A DNA stretch of 64,000 nt from an uncultured Verrucomicrobiales bacterium (GTDB lineage: Bacteria; Verrucomicrobiota; Verrucomicrobiia; Verrucomicrobiales; Akkermansiaceae). The DNA lies in assembly GCA_937991965.1 (NCBI GenBank), contig CALKLP010000112.1, positions 3,608 to 67,607 on the forward strand. Reading direction: 5' to 3'. This document shows, one piece after another, positions 17,591-27,037 of the stretch. The translations under genes and the position numbers were made by a program. Each line of letters starts with the position of its first letter. Position 1 is the first letter of the stretch. The notes below the pieces were generated by a model, which worked only from the letters and a program-made list of their open reading frames with translations, did not search any database and was not told the origin of the DNA.

Positions 17591-18532
17591 TTAAACCGTT
17601 TTCGTAACTACTGTTTTATTCTTCTTCCGCTCCAGAAAGGCGGAGAGCGCGATCATTCCAGAAAGGGCAACTACAAAGACCGCTAAACCCGCTCCAATAT
17701 GGTAATGTGAGGGATCATGCTCCCCCCGTCCAATCGCAAATTCCTTGCCGAATAGAAGGGTGCCCCAGTAGAGCAACATCATTCTTACCACGTTACCCAC
17801 AATCGCAAACACTCCTGAAGAAATGAAAAGGATGAGGCGGCTTAGATCTTTCTTCAGAGTAATATATCCATAAAAGAGCGAAATCATGGCGAGTGCGAAA
17901 AAGGAGCGCAACCCGCTACAAGCGGCAGCTACGGTAAGGGAAAAGCGCTCTCCCGCGATATACTCTGAGGTGGGTGCAGAGCGGATGCTTGTTCCTTCCT
18001 TAATAAAATCCTCTCCGATGAGAGTCATGACGCCAGAAGTGAGGGTAGTCATGATTTTCTGCAGGGGGAGGGAGACTTTATCAATCAAGAAGATCCAAGG
18101 CCACATCATACTTAAGAGGATCCAGAGCCAAAGCCCTTTCATAAACACCTTGAGCCCAAAGTGCAGAATGACGATTCCTCCCACCATGAGGTGTAAAGCA
18201 CCGTAGCCAATATACTTTTGATTCGCCTTATACCCCCCGAAGTATAAGAAAAAAGCGAGTAATAAGAGTGGCAGCCCAAGCCAACTCCAGGTGTTTTTTA
18301 TGCCCTTAAACTGATCTCGCGTTATCCACAGTAATCCCGCGACGATGAAAGGTACTGCATAGCCAAACATCCATTCCCCATTTTCCATCTTATAGCCACG
18401 GGTTACATCTCCCCATAGTGGAGATCGGCTAAAGCCGTAACCTGTAGAATATTTTTGCATGAAAAGCAAATACAATAGACAGACAAACGACAGTAGCGCA
18501 GTTCCTAGAGCGATGTTCTGTGATTTATTCAT
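17591..18532 (-). CDS. exosortase (Xrt family transpeptidase)
   Basis: 313 aa polytopic protein with the catalytic-Cys motif AACSGLRSFFAL; paired with EpsI. Confidence 0.85.
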   Translation of the reverse strand: MNKSQNIALGTALLSFVCLLYLLFMQKYSTGYGFSRSPLWGDVTRGYKMENGEWMFGYAVPFIVAGLLWITRDQFKGIKNTWSWLGLPLLLLAFFLYFGGYKANQKYIGYGALHLMVGGIVILHFGLKVFMKGLWLWILLSMMWPWIFLIDKVSLPLQKIMTTLTSGVMTLIGEDFIKEGTSIRSAPTSEYIAGERFSLTVAAACSGLRSFFALAMISLFYGYITLKKDLSRLILFISSGVFAIVGNVVRMMLLYWGTLLFGKEFAIGRGEHDPSHYHIGAGLAVFVVALSGMIALSAFLERKKNKTVVTKTV

Positions 18533-18562
18533 TATAATGGCGAGGAAATGGAAGGGGATGGC

Positions 18563-19132
18563 TTATCCCTCTTGGGACTGTAGCCAATCCTTGATCACTA
18601 CTGTCAAGATGTGGTTGATAATGAGGTGGCCGTCCTCCACAGGCCCATATTCGTTGGAGGGGAGATGGATGGCGACATCAGAAAGCTCTTTCATCTTACC
18701 GCCTGAGAAACCGAGCCAACCCATGGTGATGGCACCATTTTCTTTGGCGTATTCGAAGGCCTTAACGCAGTTTGGAGAGTTCCCACTGCACGAAATGCCA
18801 ATGACGACATCTCCAGGTTCTAGCCAGTTTTTCAGCTGTCCTACAAAAATCTCATCATAATCAAAGTCGTTCGCTAGCGCCGTGAAGTGGGCGACATTAT
18901 CGGCCAAACCTACCACTCGGAGAGGTCTTACACCGTTGACAGTCGCGCCTTTGTTAAGGTCACAAGCCACGTGTGATGCTGTAGAGGCACTTCCGCCGTT
19001 ACCGCAGACATAGATCGTCTTTTTATCTCGCCAAGCTTTCTTGTACACCTCTGCGCACGCCTCAATCGCCTCTTCACTAATAGCATCAAGGCAAATTGCT
19101 AATTCTTTTTTATATTCTGTTAGTATATTCAT
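18563..19132 (-). CDS. gmhA: sedoheptulose-7-phosphate isomerase (SIS domain)
   Basis: 189 aa. VCGNGGSASTASHVACDL and GISCSGNSPN motifs. Confidence 0.85.
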   Translation of the reverse strand: MNILTEYKKELAICLDAISEEAIEACAEVYKKAWRDKKTIYVCGNGGSASTASHVACDLNKGATVNGVRPLRVVGLADNVAHFTALANDFDYDEIFVGQLKNWLEPGDVVIGISCSGNSPNCVKAFEYAKENGAITMGWLGFSGGKMKELSDVAIHLPSNEYGPVEDGHLIINHILTVVIKDWLQSQEG

Positions 19133-20091
19133 CGTAAAATTGTATTTTCGTTATCTAATAAATACCGCACGGTATCACGGAGGCTTTGCTCGATCGAAAC
19201 CGTCGGCTTCCATCCCAAGTCTTTTAGGTTGCTCGTGTCGAGATGGACTACAGGACTATCGCCGACCCATCCTCGTTCTCCACCAGTGAACTGGAATTCG
19301 ACGTCTGTTAAGCCCATTTCATCAATAACGATTTGGGCAAGTTCCGTCACCTGCATAAAGTCATCGTGACCAAGGTTGTAAATTCCTACCCGATCTTTCC
19401 CATGCTCAATAGAACGGAAAATCCCGGAAATTCCATCTCTTACATCAAGGTAAGATTTGCGTTGCTTCCCGTCACCCAGGATTTCTAAAGATTTAGGATT
19501 CGCCCGCAGTTTTTTGAAGAAATCATAGATAACTCCATGGGAGTAGCGAGGCCCTGTCCAACTCACAAAGCGGAAAATGCGAGCCTGAATATCAAAGTAT
19601 TCTGAATACGCTTGAATCATGGCCTCCCCCGCATACTTACTCGCTCCATAGAGGGAAGTTTGTATGGGCGCCACTTTTTCTGGGGTAGGGAACACATCTG
19701 GTTCACCATACACGGTCGCGCTACTGGCAAAGGCCAGCGTCTTCACTCCAGCTAAGGCAGAGGCTTCGCAGACATTCCACGTCGCAATGGTGTTTTGTTC
19801 TAGATCGATCCGGCGGTTTTTAAGGCCACCGCGAACGTCTGCGTTCGCTTGGAAATGCACCACCAATTCCGCTCCATCAATCTCAGACTTAATTCTCTCA
19901 AAGTCTAACACATCCGCTTTCACCTTTCGTAAACGAGCGTCAGCGTTCCACTGATCGAGGTAAAAGTCCTGCCCTGTGCGTAAATCATCATAAACGACGA
20001 CCTCTTGCCAGCCGTCCTGCATGAGCTTATCTACGACGTGACTCCCGATGAAGCCACTGCCGCCTGTTACTACTGCTTTTGTCTTATCCAT
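19129..20091 (-). CDS. NAD-dependent nucleotide-sugar epimerase/dehydratase (extended SDR)
   Basis: 320 aa. VVTGGSGFIGSHVV and YGASKYAGE (YxxxK). 4-nt overlap with gmhA. Confidence 0.8.
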   Translation of the reverse strand: MDKTKAVVTGGSGFIGSHVVDKLMQDGWQEVVVYDDLRTGQDFYLDQWNADARLRKVKADVLDFERIKSEIDGAELVVHFQANADVRGGLKNRRIDLEQNTIATWNVCEASALAGVKTLAFASSATVYGEPDVFPTPEKVAPIQTSLYGASKYAGEAMIQAYSEYFDIQARIFRFVSWTGPRYSHGVIYDFFKKLRANPKSLEILGDGKQRKSYLDVRDGISGIFRSIEHGKDRVGIYNLGHDDFMQVTELAQIVIDEMGLTDVEFQFTGGERGWVGDSPVVHLDTSNLKDLGWKPTVSIEQSLRDTVRYLLDNENTILR

Positions 20092-20102
20092 AGTTTTATC
20101 AA

Positions 20103-21086
20103 TTACTTCTCTATATACAGCACCCGCGTGCCCTGACTTTCAAGGTGAAAAGGAACCTCTCTCATATCGGAGAGTGCCCTCCGCAGATCATCCTGCTTAT
20201 CTGGATCACAGTAAAACATGAGGAACCCACCGCCACCGGCACCAAGGAGCTTTCCTCCGGTCGCCCCCGCGGCGATTGCCGAGTCATACCACCCATCAAT
20301 CTGAGGGTTAGAGATCTTGGAAGCTAACTTTTTCTTCTCTAGCCAGCCTTCATGCATTTTTTTGCCAACCGATTCGATGATACCGCGACTCAGTTCACTC
20401 TCTAGTTCCTCCGCCATGCCCTTCATGCTCTGGAGGGAACGAAACTTATCACCTGCGTCTTCCGTATTCTTCTTTTGCTCGGAGAGGATTCCCGATGCGC
20501 TCCGCGTAATCCCAGTATAAAACATCATCAAACGCTCATCTAGAGCCTGACGTTTTGCCCGCTCAAGGATGATCGGGTTGACATGCACCTCGCCATCTCC
20601 CTTGAAACGAATGGAGTTCAGTCCGCCATACGCCGCCGCATATTGATCTTGCTTCCCTATCGGTTCACCGAGCGTGTCGATCTCAACTTCACAAGCCCCG
20701 CGCCCACAACCTTCGGCACCGATGTTTTCGCCTTTGTGCGCATGTAAGGCCTTCAGGAGCCCCACCGTGAAGGCGCTTGAACTCCCAAGCCCACTTCCTT
20801 TTGACGGAATATCTGCAAAGCTCGTGATCTCGATCGGCGCGCCGACTCCAGCCCTTTTCATACACTCACGGATCAAAGGGTGCTGAATCTCTGAGACTTC
20901 ATCAACCTCTTCTGTTTTAGAATACTTCAGTACGATCTTCTTCTCGAAGAACTCATGAACTGCCAGATAGATGGAAAGGCTAATCGCGGTGCTGACCACT
21001 AAGCCATCTTCTTGCTCGTAAAATGCAGCGAGGTCTGTCCCTCCGCCAGCAAAGCTGACGCGTAAGGGCGTTTTTGTAATAATCAT
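20103..21086 (-). CDS. hddA: GHMP-family D-glycero-alpha-D-manno-heptose-7-phosphate kinase
   Basis: 327 aa. MIITKTPLRVSFAGGGTDL N-terminus, GHMP motif PSKGSGLGSSSAF and GAGGGGF near the C-terminus. Confidence 0.8.
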   Translation of the reverse strand: MIITKTPLRVSFAGGGTDLAAFYEQEDGLVVSTAISLSIYLAVHEFFEKKIVLKYSKTEEVDEVSEIQHPLIRECMKRAGVGAPIEITSFADIPSKGSGLGSSSAFTVGLLKALHAHKGENIGAEGCGRGACEVEIDTLGEPIGKQDQYAAAYGGLNSIRFKGDGEVHVNPIILERAKRQALDERLMMFYTGITRSASGILSEQKKNTEDAGDKFRSLQSMKGMAEELESELSRGIIESVGKKMHEGWLEKKKLASKISNPQIDGWYDSAIAAGATGGKLLGAGGGGFLMFYCDPDKQDDLRRALSDMREVPFHLESQGTRVLYIEK

Positions 21087-21097
21087 AGTCTTTAAAG

Positions 21098-21775
21098 TTA
21101 GCCATTGAAGGCGATAGTCGTGTTTACTCGGCGTTGCCTTACTCCTAAGAGTCTGGTGAGTAATTTTTCAATCAGCACTAATTTTGCTTTTGATTTAGGG
21201 CGGTTATAATAACGCTTTTGGGAAGGTTTTTCTCCTATATATTTGCCTATTAGTTCTATTGCTCGATCATTACCTGATACTGAGATCAAATCTTCAAAAG
21301 GAATTTTAAGGCAATCTATGGGTGCCCAATACTGATCGAATTTTTGGCAAGTATCGATATATTCTCCATACTCCTCTGTGCTTAGGAATTTACGCAGGGA
21401 GGGCTTCATTTTTTCTAAACTCCTTACCGGTTCAATAATGAATGCTTGGGCCACCACCTTCTCCGTAATTTCGCGACGCAACTTCTGATTCTTGATACCA
21501 GAAAAATGGGTCTTACACACACACTTACCTAGCTCGCCAAATTGCTGAGCATCCATATTTTGGTGATAAGCGTGGTCTAGTTCGACGTAGAGAGTTTCGG
21601 TCCTAAGCGGCGGAAAGTTGTTAAGGATTAGATCAATCAATAAGTGAGTCCCAGAACGCATTTTAGACTTCACTAACACAGGCCTTCCTTCGCATAAAGG
21701 TAGAGGGCCTGGTGGCGAGGTGAGCTTTGGGTTGCCGTGGTGAGGCAGAAGCTTACTAGCGATTTTTCTAAGCAT
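21098..21775 (-). CDS. sulfotransferase-like protein (RSGTHLL-type PAPS loop), paralog of 37527..38222
   Basis: 225 aa. KMRSGTHLLIDLILNNFP aligns with PRSGTHLLIDAILNNFP of the paralog. Both also share KTH and a C-terminal NTTI-x-F-x-G. Confidence 0.6.
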   Translation of the reverse strand: MLRKIASKLLPHHGNPKLTSPPGPLPLCEGRPVLVKSKMRSGTHLLIDLILNNFPPLRTETLYVELDHAYHQNMDAQQFGELGKCVCKTHFSGIKNQKLRREITEKVVAQAFIIEPVRSLEKMKPSLRKFLSTEEYGEYIDTCQKFDQYWAPIDCLKIPFEDLISVSGNDRAIELIGKYIGEKPSQKRYYNRPKSKAKLVLIEKLLTRLLGVRQRRVNTTIAFNG

Positions 21776-23078
21776 GATCTCCTAGCGTTTGTTTCACAAA
21801 GTCGGCGAGGGAGCGTGCACAAAAGTCTGCTTTTAAGGCTTGGCCCTCTTCTTTCTCCCCAAGATAGCAAGTCCTTACCCCTGCGCCCTGTCCGGCCACG
21901 ATATCTCGCCATGTATCACCAATCATCACGACCTCTGCCAGATCCAAGTGATGGTCTTCCTCCGCTTGATAGAGCATTCCTGAGCCCGGCTTGCGACAAT
22001 CGCTCGCCCGGCGGAACTCTTTCACTCCATCACCATGGTGCGTCTCGGGGTGGAACGGAGAGTAATAAATCTGCTCGATCTTCCCCCCCGCTGCTTCAAT
22101 CACCGCAGTCACCTTCTCGTTAATCGCCTCCAACGTTGGCACATCACAGAGCCCCCGCGCAATCACCGGTTGGTTCGTGATGAGATAACACGTCCAGCCA
22201 GCCGCACACAGTTTCCCTACCGCCTCCGCGGCTTCAGGAATCATCTCAATCTTCTCAGGCGTATCAATGAGCCCTCGTTCGTAATTTAGCGTTCCGTCTC
22301 GGTCAAGAAAGGCGACTTTCAGAGTTCTGGGATTCTCCCGTGCCGCGCGTGAGCGCTCCTTCCGCTTGAGATAGTTCTCCACTAGCGCGAGCCGATCAGG
22401 CGTCCCCATATCACGGACAAACCCGCCAACCTCTAGCTCCAATCCACGGAGACGACCCTGCGTCTGCAGAATCGCCGGGAAAATATTGCGTCCATAGTCA
22501 CTGGGCTTATCCCGCGGAATGTAGTCTAAAATCTTCTTATTGCAGGCATAGATCGCCACATTCCCATAGTTCTTATACAAGCGTCCTTCCTCTTGCTCGA
22601 AGATGAAATCCTGCACTTCCCCGTCAGCATTGACATCAACCAGGTGCGAGTCCCAGGGGTGATCTGATTGCCTAACGAGTAGAGAGGCTACTACATCGGA
22701 ATCTCCTGCGTCATGGAAGTCCGCCAAGCGACGCGCATCGAAGTCCACAAAGACATCTCCATAAACCAGTAAGAAATTGTCCTCGAGTCGATCCGCCACC
22801 AAGGGTAACGCTCCCGCCGTGCCCAATGGCTCCGGTTCAATAAAGACCTCAACCGTAGCTCCTGTAAGAGGACTCTCCTCATAATGCTCCACAATCATCT
22901 CCCCGAGATGTCCCGCCATCAGGATGAAGTCCGTAAAGCCCTGCTCCACTAACATCGCGATCGTCCGGTCCAAGAGGACCTTTCCTGCCACTGGTAATAA
23001 CGGCTTAGGGCTATTCTTCGTTAAGGGCGCTAGACGAGTTCCTTTTCCTCCACAGAGGATGACTGCTTGTTTGATCAT
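21768..23078 (-). CDS. bifunctional heptose-1-phosphate guanylyltransferase (HddC-like) / D,D-heptose-1,7-bisphosphate phosphatase (GmhB-like)
   Basis: 436 aa. N-terminal AVILCGGKGTRLAPLT sugar-nucleotidyltransferase domain. The C-terminal HAD domain has AFLDRDGTLN (DxDxT), CRKPGSGML and GDTWRD. Confidence 0.85.
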   Translation of the reverse strand: MIKQAVILCGGKGTRLAPLTKNSPKPLLPVAGKVLLDRTIAMLVEQGFTDFILMAGHLGEMIVEHYEESPLTGATVEVFIEPEPLGTAGALPLVADRLEDNFLLVYGDVFVDFDARRLADFHDAGDSDVVASLLVRQSDHPWDSHLVDVNADGEVQDFIFEQEEGRLYKNYGNVAIYACNKKILDYIPRDKPSDYGRNIFPAILQTQGRLRGLELEVGGFVRDMGTPDRLALVENYLKRKERSRAARENPRTLKVAFLDRDGTLNYERGLIDTPEKIEMIPEAAEAVGKLCAAGWTCYLITNQPVIARGLCDVPTLEAINEKVTAVIEAAGGKIEQIYYSPFHPETHHGDGVKEFRRASDCRKPGSGMLYQAEEDHHLDLAEVVMIGDTWRDIVAGQGAGVRTCYLGEKEEGQALKADFCARSLADFVKQTLGDHA

Positions 23079-23113
23079 AAATTCGTTTGAGTTTTCGTTT
23101 GCGGGCCTGCTCC

Positions 23114-24247
23114 TTATCCGATCAATTTCTGAATTGCCTCGACCCTCTCTTGCGCGAGGAGGTCAAAGTCAAAAGCCTTCGCCCGCTCAATCCCGCCTTG
23201 CGCCAACTCAGCATACTTAGCCTCATTCGTATGCAAGGTCCGCAGCGCCTTTGCCGCCACGTCAGGCTTATCAAAGTCCACAATCAAAGCCTGCCCATCC
23301 GTTACCTCATGCATCACTGGAATGTCATTGACGACACATGGGCGTCCGCAAGCCATGGACTCAATCACGCAACGCCCAAAGGTCTCCTCCCGGCTCGCGA
23401 GGACAAAGAACTTCGACTGACGGTAGAGCATCGCTAAGTCCTCATCATCGACCCAGCCCAGTTTCGTCACATGCTGGTCAATCCCTAGGGTCTCGGCATG
23501 CTCCATCGCACGCTCAAAGCCGTCGCCCCAGCCGCCACCCCCAACCATCACGATCGGAAGCGTTGCCTTCTCTTCATCAGAGAGCAGCGCATAGGCATTA
23601 AAGAACTTCTCCGCCTGCTTGTAGGGGTAGAAGTTGGAACACCAATAGAGGTAACCGGGCTCGATCGCGAACTTTTCTTTCAGCTTCGCGACTTCGCTTG
23701 CTTCTGCCTCGGGCACGTAGAACTCATGCTGCAGGCCTTCATAGCTCTGCATGATCTTAGGCTTCACCTCGGGGTTTACCTCCAGGATTTGGGAAATGGC
23801 GAACTCGGTATTGGTAATGATCAAGTCGGCCTTGGCCAGTCCGCTAGAGGCGGCCCACTTTCTGTAAAGACTGCGCAGGAAACCTACTTCATTATCCTTC
23901 GTTAAGTGTTGGAGAGAGAGCATATGCATCGCCACCGGGAGGCCCGCCGTCACCAGTGGCACAAAGCCCACCGTTACGAGGCACTCCACCCCACGCTTTT
24001 TCGCATCAGGGGCGACTTTGAAATGATCCGCGAGGAGACGCTCCTTCATGCGGTTACTCCCCGCGTAGTCACGAACGACCGTCAAGCGTTCATGCTCAAC
24101 CGCCCAGTCGTGCTCCGGGGCCACATAGACAACCCATTCTAGATTGGGGTATTGCTCTAAAGAGCGCCCCACGAGTTCGACGAATAGACTGGTGAGCCCC
24201 GTTTTGCGAAGAGGATTTTCACAGAGTAAAGAGAGTGCGAGTTTCAT
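23114..24247 (-). CDS. glycosyltransferase family 4 (GT-B, GT1 clan)
   Basis: 377 aa. C-terminal ASREETFGRCVIESMACGRPCVV (EX7E-type motif). Confidence 0.85.
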   Translation of the reverse strand: MKLALSLLCENPLRKTGLTSLFVELVGRSLEQYPNLEWVVYVAPEHDWAVEHERLTVVRDYAGSNRMKERLLADHFKVAPDAKKRGVECLVTVGFVPLVTAGLPVAMHMLSLQHLTKDNEVGFLRSLYRKWAASSGLAKADLIITNTEFAISQILEVNPEVKPKIMQSYEGLQHEFYVPEAEASEVAKLKEKFAIEPGYLYWCSNFYPYKQAEKFFNAYALLSDEEKATLPIVMVGGGGWGDGFERAMEHAETLGIDQHVTKLGWVDDEDLAMLYRQSKFFVLASREETFGRCVIESMACGRPCVVNDIPVMHEVTDGQALIVDFDKPDVAAKALRTLHTNEAKYAELAQGGIERAKAFDFDLLAQERVEAIQKLIG

Positions 24248-24264
24248 TGAGATTTAAGCTAGAT

Positions 24265-26223
24265 TTATTTCGTATTAAGAGGAGACAACCACCCTATCTG
24301 ATCAACCCTTTGTGCATAAAAAGACGCCCCAGCAAGCGAATGGTGGGCTCCGTCATAGGTAAACTTTTGAAATTGCGTATCGATTATATGATACACCTGA
24401 GCATCCTCATCTTTAGCGTAATCATCTCGGTTTAACACCACCACGTCCAGATCCTTCTCGATCTGATCGATGATCGCCTGTGATTTGAGAACAGACGGGT
24501 TTAGTTGGCGCCTTATAGTCTGCTTATAATGCTCCTCGTTAATAATGTGCACTAGCTTATTCGCACTCACCTCACCTGAGTTTATCCGGTCAGCGTAGCG
24601 CTGAAAAATTTTATCCGCGAAGGTAGTATTTCCATAGCCTTCGAACTCATAAATATTGCGCGTGATGGCAACAACTTTTCCATCTGCTAGGAAGCGCTTT
24701 GTCACCTTTTTTAGGTAATCTGCATCTTCACGGTTATACCGCGAGCAGATCATGATTACATCGGCTTGATTATAATTGGGCGACGTTAATAGTCCCGTAT
24801 CTTCCTTTAAGGCATTACGGATTTCTACTCCAAAGCGGGCGATTTGATACCGATCACTCGTATCCTTACTAAGCGTGAGGACGTTATACATATCCTTACA
24901 ATGGGAGTTACCCACAATGAGTAGCTTTTGGCGGGTATCTTCACTGGAATACCAAGGTTCAAGGTCATAAGAATTCCCTGCCACTTTATAGTCTTCACTT
25001 CCGCTTAGAGTCCGTAGTTTTGTCCAGGTGTTTTGCTGGAGTATTTTGTTGTCTGGTTGATAAGCTTTGATCAGAAGGTTTTGGTATTGTCCGCGACTGG
25101 AGAACCCATTGGTAGCCATCCCTAATCCCCCAAAGACAAGGAAAAATATAGAATAGATAGCCGCGGAGGTGAATGCTGCTCTACGAGAAATCCAAGACTT
25201 ATTCCGGAATGGGTTTTCAATGTATTTCCAGCTCAGGTATGCCAGCGGAAAAACTCCAATCGACAAGGCTCCGAATAACCACTTACTCTGCTCTGGAAAC
25301 GCAACATAGCGAGTGTAAGCAAAGATAGGTTGATGCCAGAGATATGCGCTGTAGCTAATCAGACCTATCATCACCATCGGCTTGAGAGACAGAATTCTCG
25401 CAACAGTCGTACCAGCATTACAATACAGAATAATCAGGAAGGTTCCCATCGTGGGTAAAAGCATCCAGACACTCGGATTCCGTGTGAAGCTATCATAGAA
25501 GAAGATAGAGCCTAGGATCATCAGAAGCCCAGCCCAGGAGAACACCTCTTGCCCCCCACGACTCGCTTGAATCCGACTCGTAATTCCTTCGTAAGAAAGC
25601 ACAAAGGCCGCGATAGAACCAATTAACATCTCCCAAGCACGAAATGGCAGAAGGAAGAAGTTGGCCGTCGGGCGGTAATGAGAGAGCACCTCTGCTCCGA
25701 TCAGGGAGAGAATCGCACCAAGAATGATTAACCCAAAGGTAGACTTTTTAGACCAACGATAAAAAAGGTATAAGAACGGGGGGAATATAATATAATACTG
25801 CTCCTCTACAGCCAAACTCCAAGTGTGTAAGAGCGGTTTTAATTCGCTGGCAGTATCCCAGTAGCTCGATTCTTGCCAGAAGAGGAAGTTAGATCCGCAG
25901 AGAATCGTTGCTACCACACTCTCCGCAAAGTCTTGAAAATCACTGGGCATCAAAATCTGCCATCCCACAATCGCAGAAGCCAACAAGACAACAAACAGTG
26001 CAGGCAAAAGCCTTCTGATCCGCCGCTCATAAAACCGACCCACCGAGAACTTCCCCTCGTCCAACTCCTTCATTAAGATCGAGGTGATTAGGTAACCACT
26101 AATCACGAAGAAAATATCTACTCCCGCATATCCTCCACCAAAGAGGGTAAACCCCGCGTGAAAAAGAATCACAGGAACAACAGCGATAGCTCGTAAGCCG
26201 TCTATTTCAGGACGATAGGTCAA
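24265..26223 (-). CDS. acyltransferase family 3 with C-terminal SGNH-like domain (OafA/OatA-type O-acetyltransferase)
   Basis: 652 aa. RPEIDGLRAIAVVPVILFHAG, about 10 TM segments, then about 270 soluble aa containing LLIVGNSHCKDM (block-I-like). Confidence 0.85.
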   Translation of the reverse strand: MTYRPEIDGLRAIAVVPVILFHAGFTLFGGGYAGVDIFFVISGYLITSILMKELDEGKFSVGRFYERRIRRLLPALFVVLLASAIVGWQILMPSDFQDFAESVVATILCGSNFLFWQESSYWDTASELKPLLHTWSLAVEEQYYIIFPPFLYLFYRWSKKSTFGLIILGAILSLIGAEVLSHYRPTANFFLLPFRAWEMLIGSIAAFVLSYEGITSRIQASRGGQEVFSWAGLLMILGSIFFYDSFTRNPSVWMLLPTMGTFLIILYCNAGTTVARILSLKPMVMIGLISYSAYLWHQPIFAYTRYVAFPEQSKWLFGALSIGVFPLAYLSWKYIENPFRNKSWISRRAAFTSAAIYSIFFLVFGGLGMATNGFSSRGQYQNLLIKAYQPDNKILQQNTWTKLRTLSGSEDYKVAGNSYDLEPWYSSEDTRQKLLIVGNSHCKDMYNVLTLSKDTSDRYQIARFGVEIRNALKEDTGLLTSPNYNQADVIMICSRYNREDADYLKKVTKRFLADGKVVAITRNIYEFEGYGNTTFADKIFQRYADRINSGEVSANKLVHIINEEHYKQTIRRQLNPSVLKSQAIIDQIEKDLDVVVLNRDDYAKDEDAQVYHIIDTQFQKFTYDGAHHSLAGASFYAQRVDQIGWLSPLNTK

Positions 26224-26240
26224 TAGATAAATTGTTAGAT

Positions 26241-27020
26241 TTAAAATTCATAGCCAAACTTTTCTATAATGAGGAAGTCTTTTTCATCTACTAACGTCGC
26301 TAATTCATCATTATAATATGCTTGATATGACTTTAACCGCGTAGTGGTATTACTTTTTTTCCCCGCCCAATCCTCAAACACTTTTTCCCAGCCAAGAGGA
26401 GGGGAGAGGTGATCTTCCATAATCGATCTCATGTCTTCAGTTAAATATTCGATTCGATAGTAATGATCCACAAAACTTTCAGATATGAACTTTTCTTTAA
26501 ATGTCTTGGCATTTGGAATACGCATTGTGCGGTATGACGGAACAACGACATCGAATAACCATCGTGACATCATGCCCACATCTTTCCAAGGTTTCTGATT
26601 TATTAACCGATCAAGCTTATTAATCCACAAAACACTTTTATTACCTTCTTTAATGAATCTAGTAGGAAGCAAAAGAGAGTTTCTATCCATTACATCTCCA
26701 GTCAGTATAATCTTTAACCATTGTCGAAAACCCTCTACCGTATCTGAGCTTCCATAAGTTTTCGAGTAAAGCTCTGGTTGCGCTTTAAAGAAAGCGATAG
26801 GCGGACTGTTTTGCTCTTTACTGTGGTGGAATAAAGAGACATAAAAATCCCATGGATTTCTTACCCCACAAAAAATTAACTTTCCTTTATCTTCCTTCTT
26901 CAGAGATCCATGCCATTTACTTTTCTTATCTTCCCCAAACACCTCAATCAAAAGTTTCTTCACATGCGTCCCTGCTGTTTTCTGAAAATGAACGTAAATA
27001 AAATTATTTTTTTTATACAT
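26241..27020 (-). CDS. sulfotransferase family 2-like protein
   Basis: 259 aa. N-terminal FIYVHFQKTAGTHVKKLL resembles the Sulfotransfer_2 PAPS loop (hIPKTGGT). Confidence 0.6.
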   Translation of the reverse strand: MYKKNNFIYVHFQKTAGTHVKKLLIEVFGEDKKSKWHGSLKKEDKGKLIFCGVRNPWDFYVSLFHHSKEQNSPPIAFFKAQPELYSKTYGSSDTVEGFRQWLKIILTGDVMDRNSLLLPTRFIKEGNKSVLWINKLDRLINQKPWKDVGMMSRWLFDVVVPSYRTMRIPNAKTFKEKFISESFVDHYYRIEYLTEDMRSIMEDHLSPPLGWEKVFEDWAGKKSNTTTRLKSYQAYYNDELATLVDEKDFLIIEKFGYEF

Positions 27021-27037
27021 AATTAACTATATCTTTC

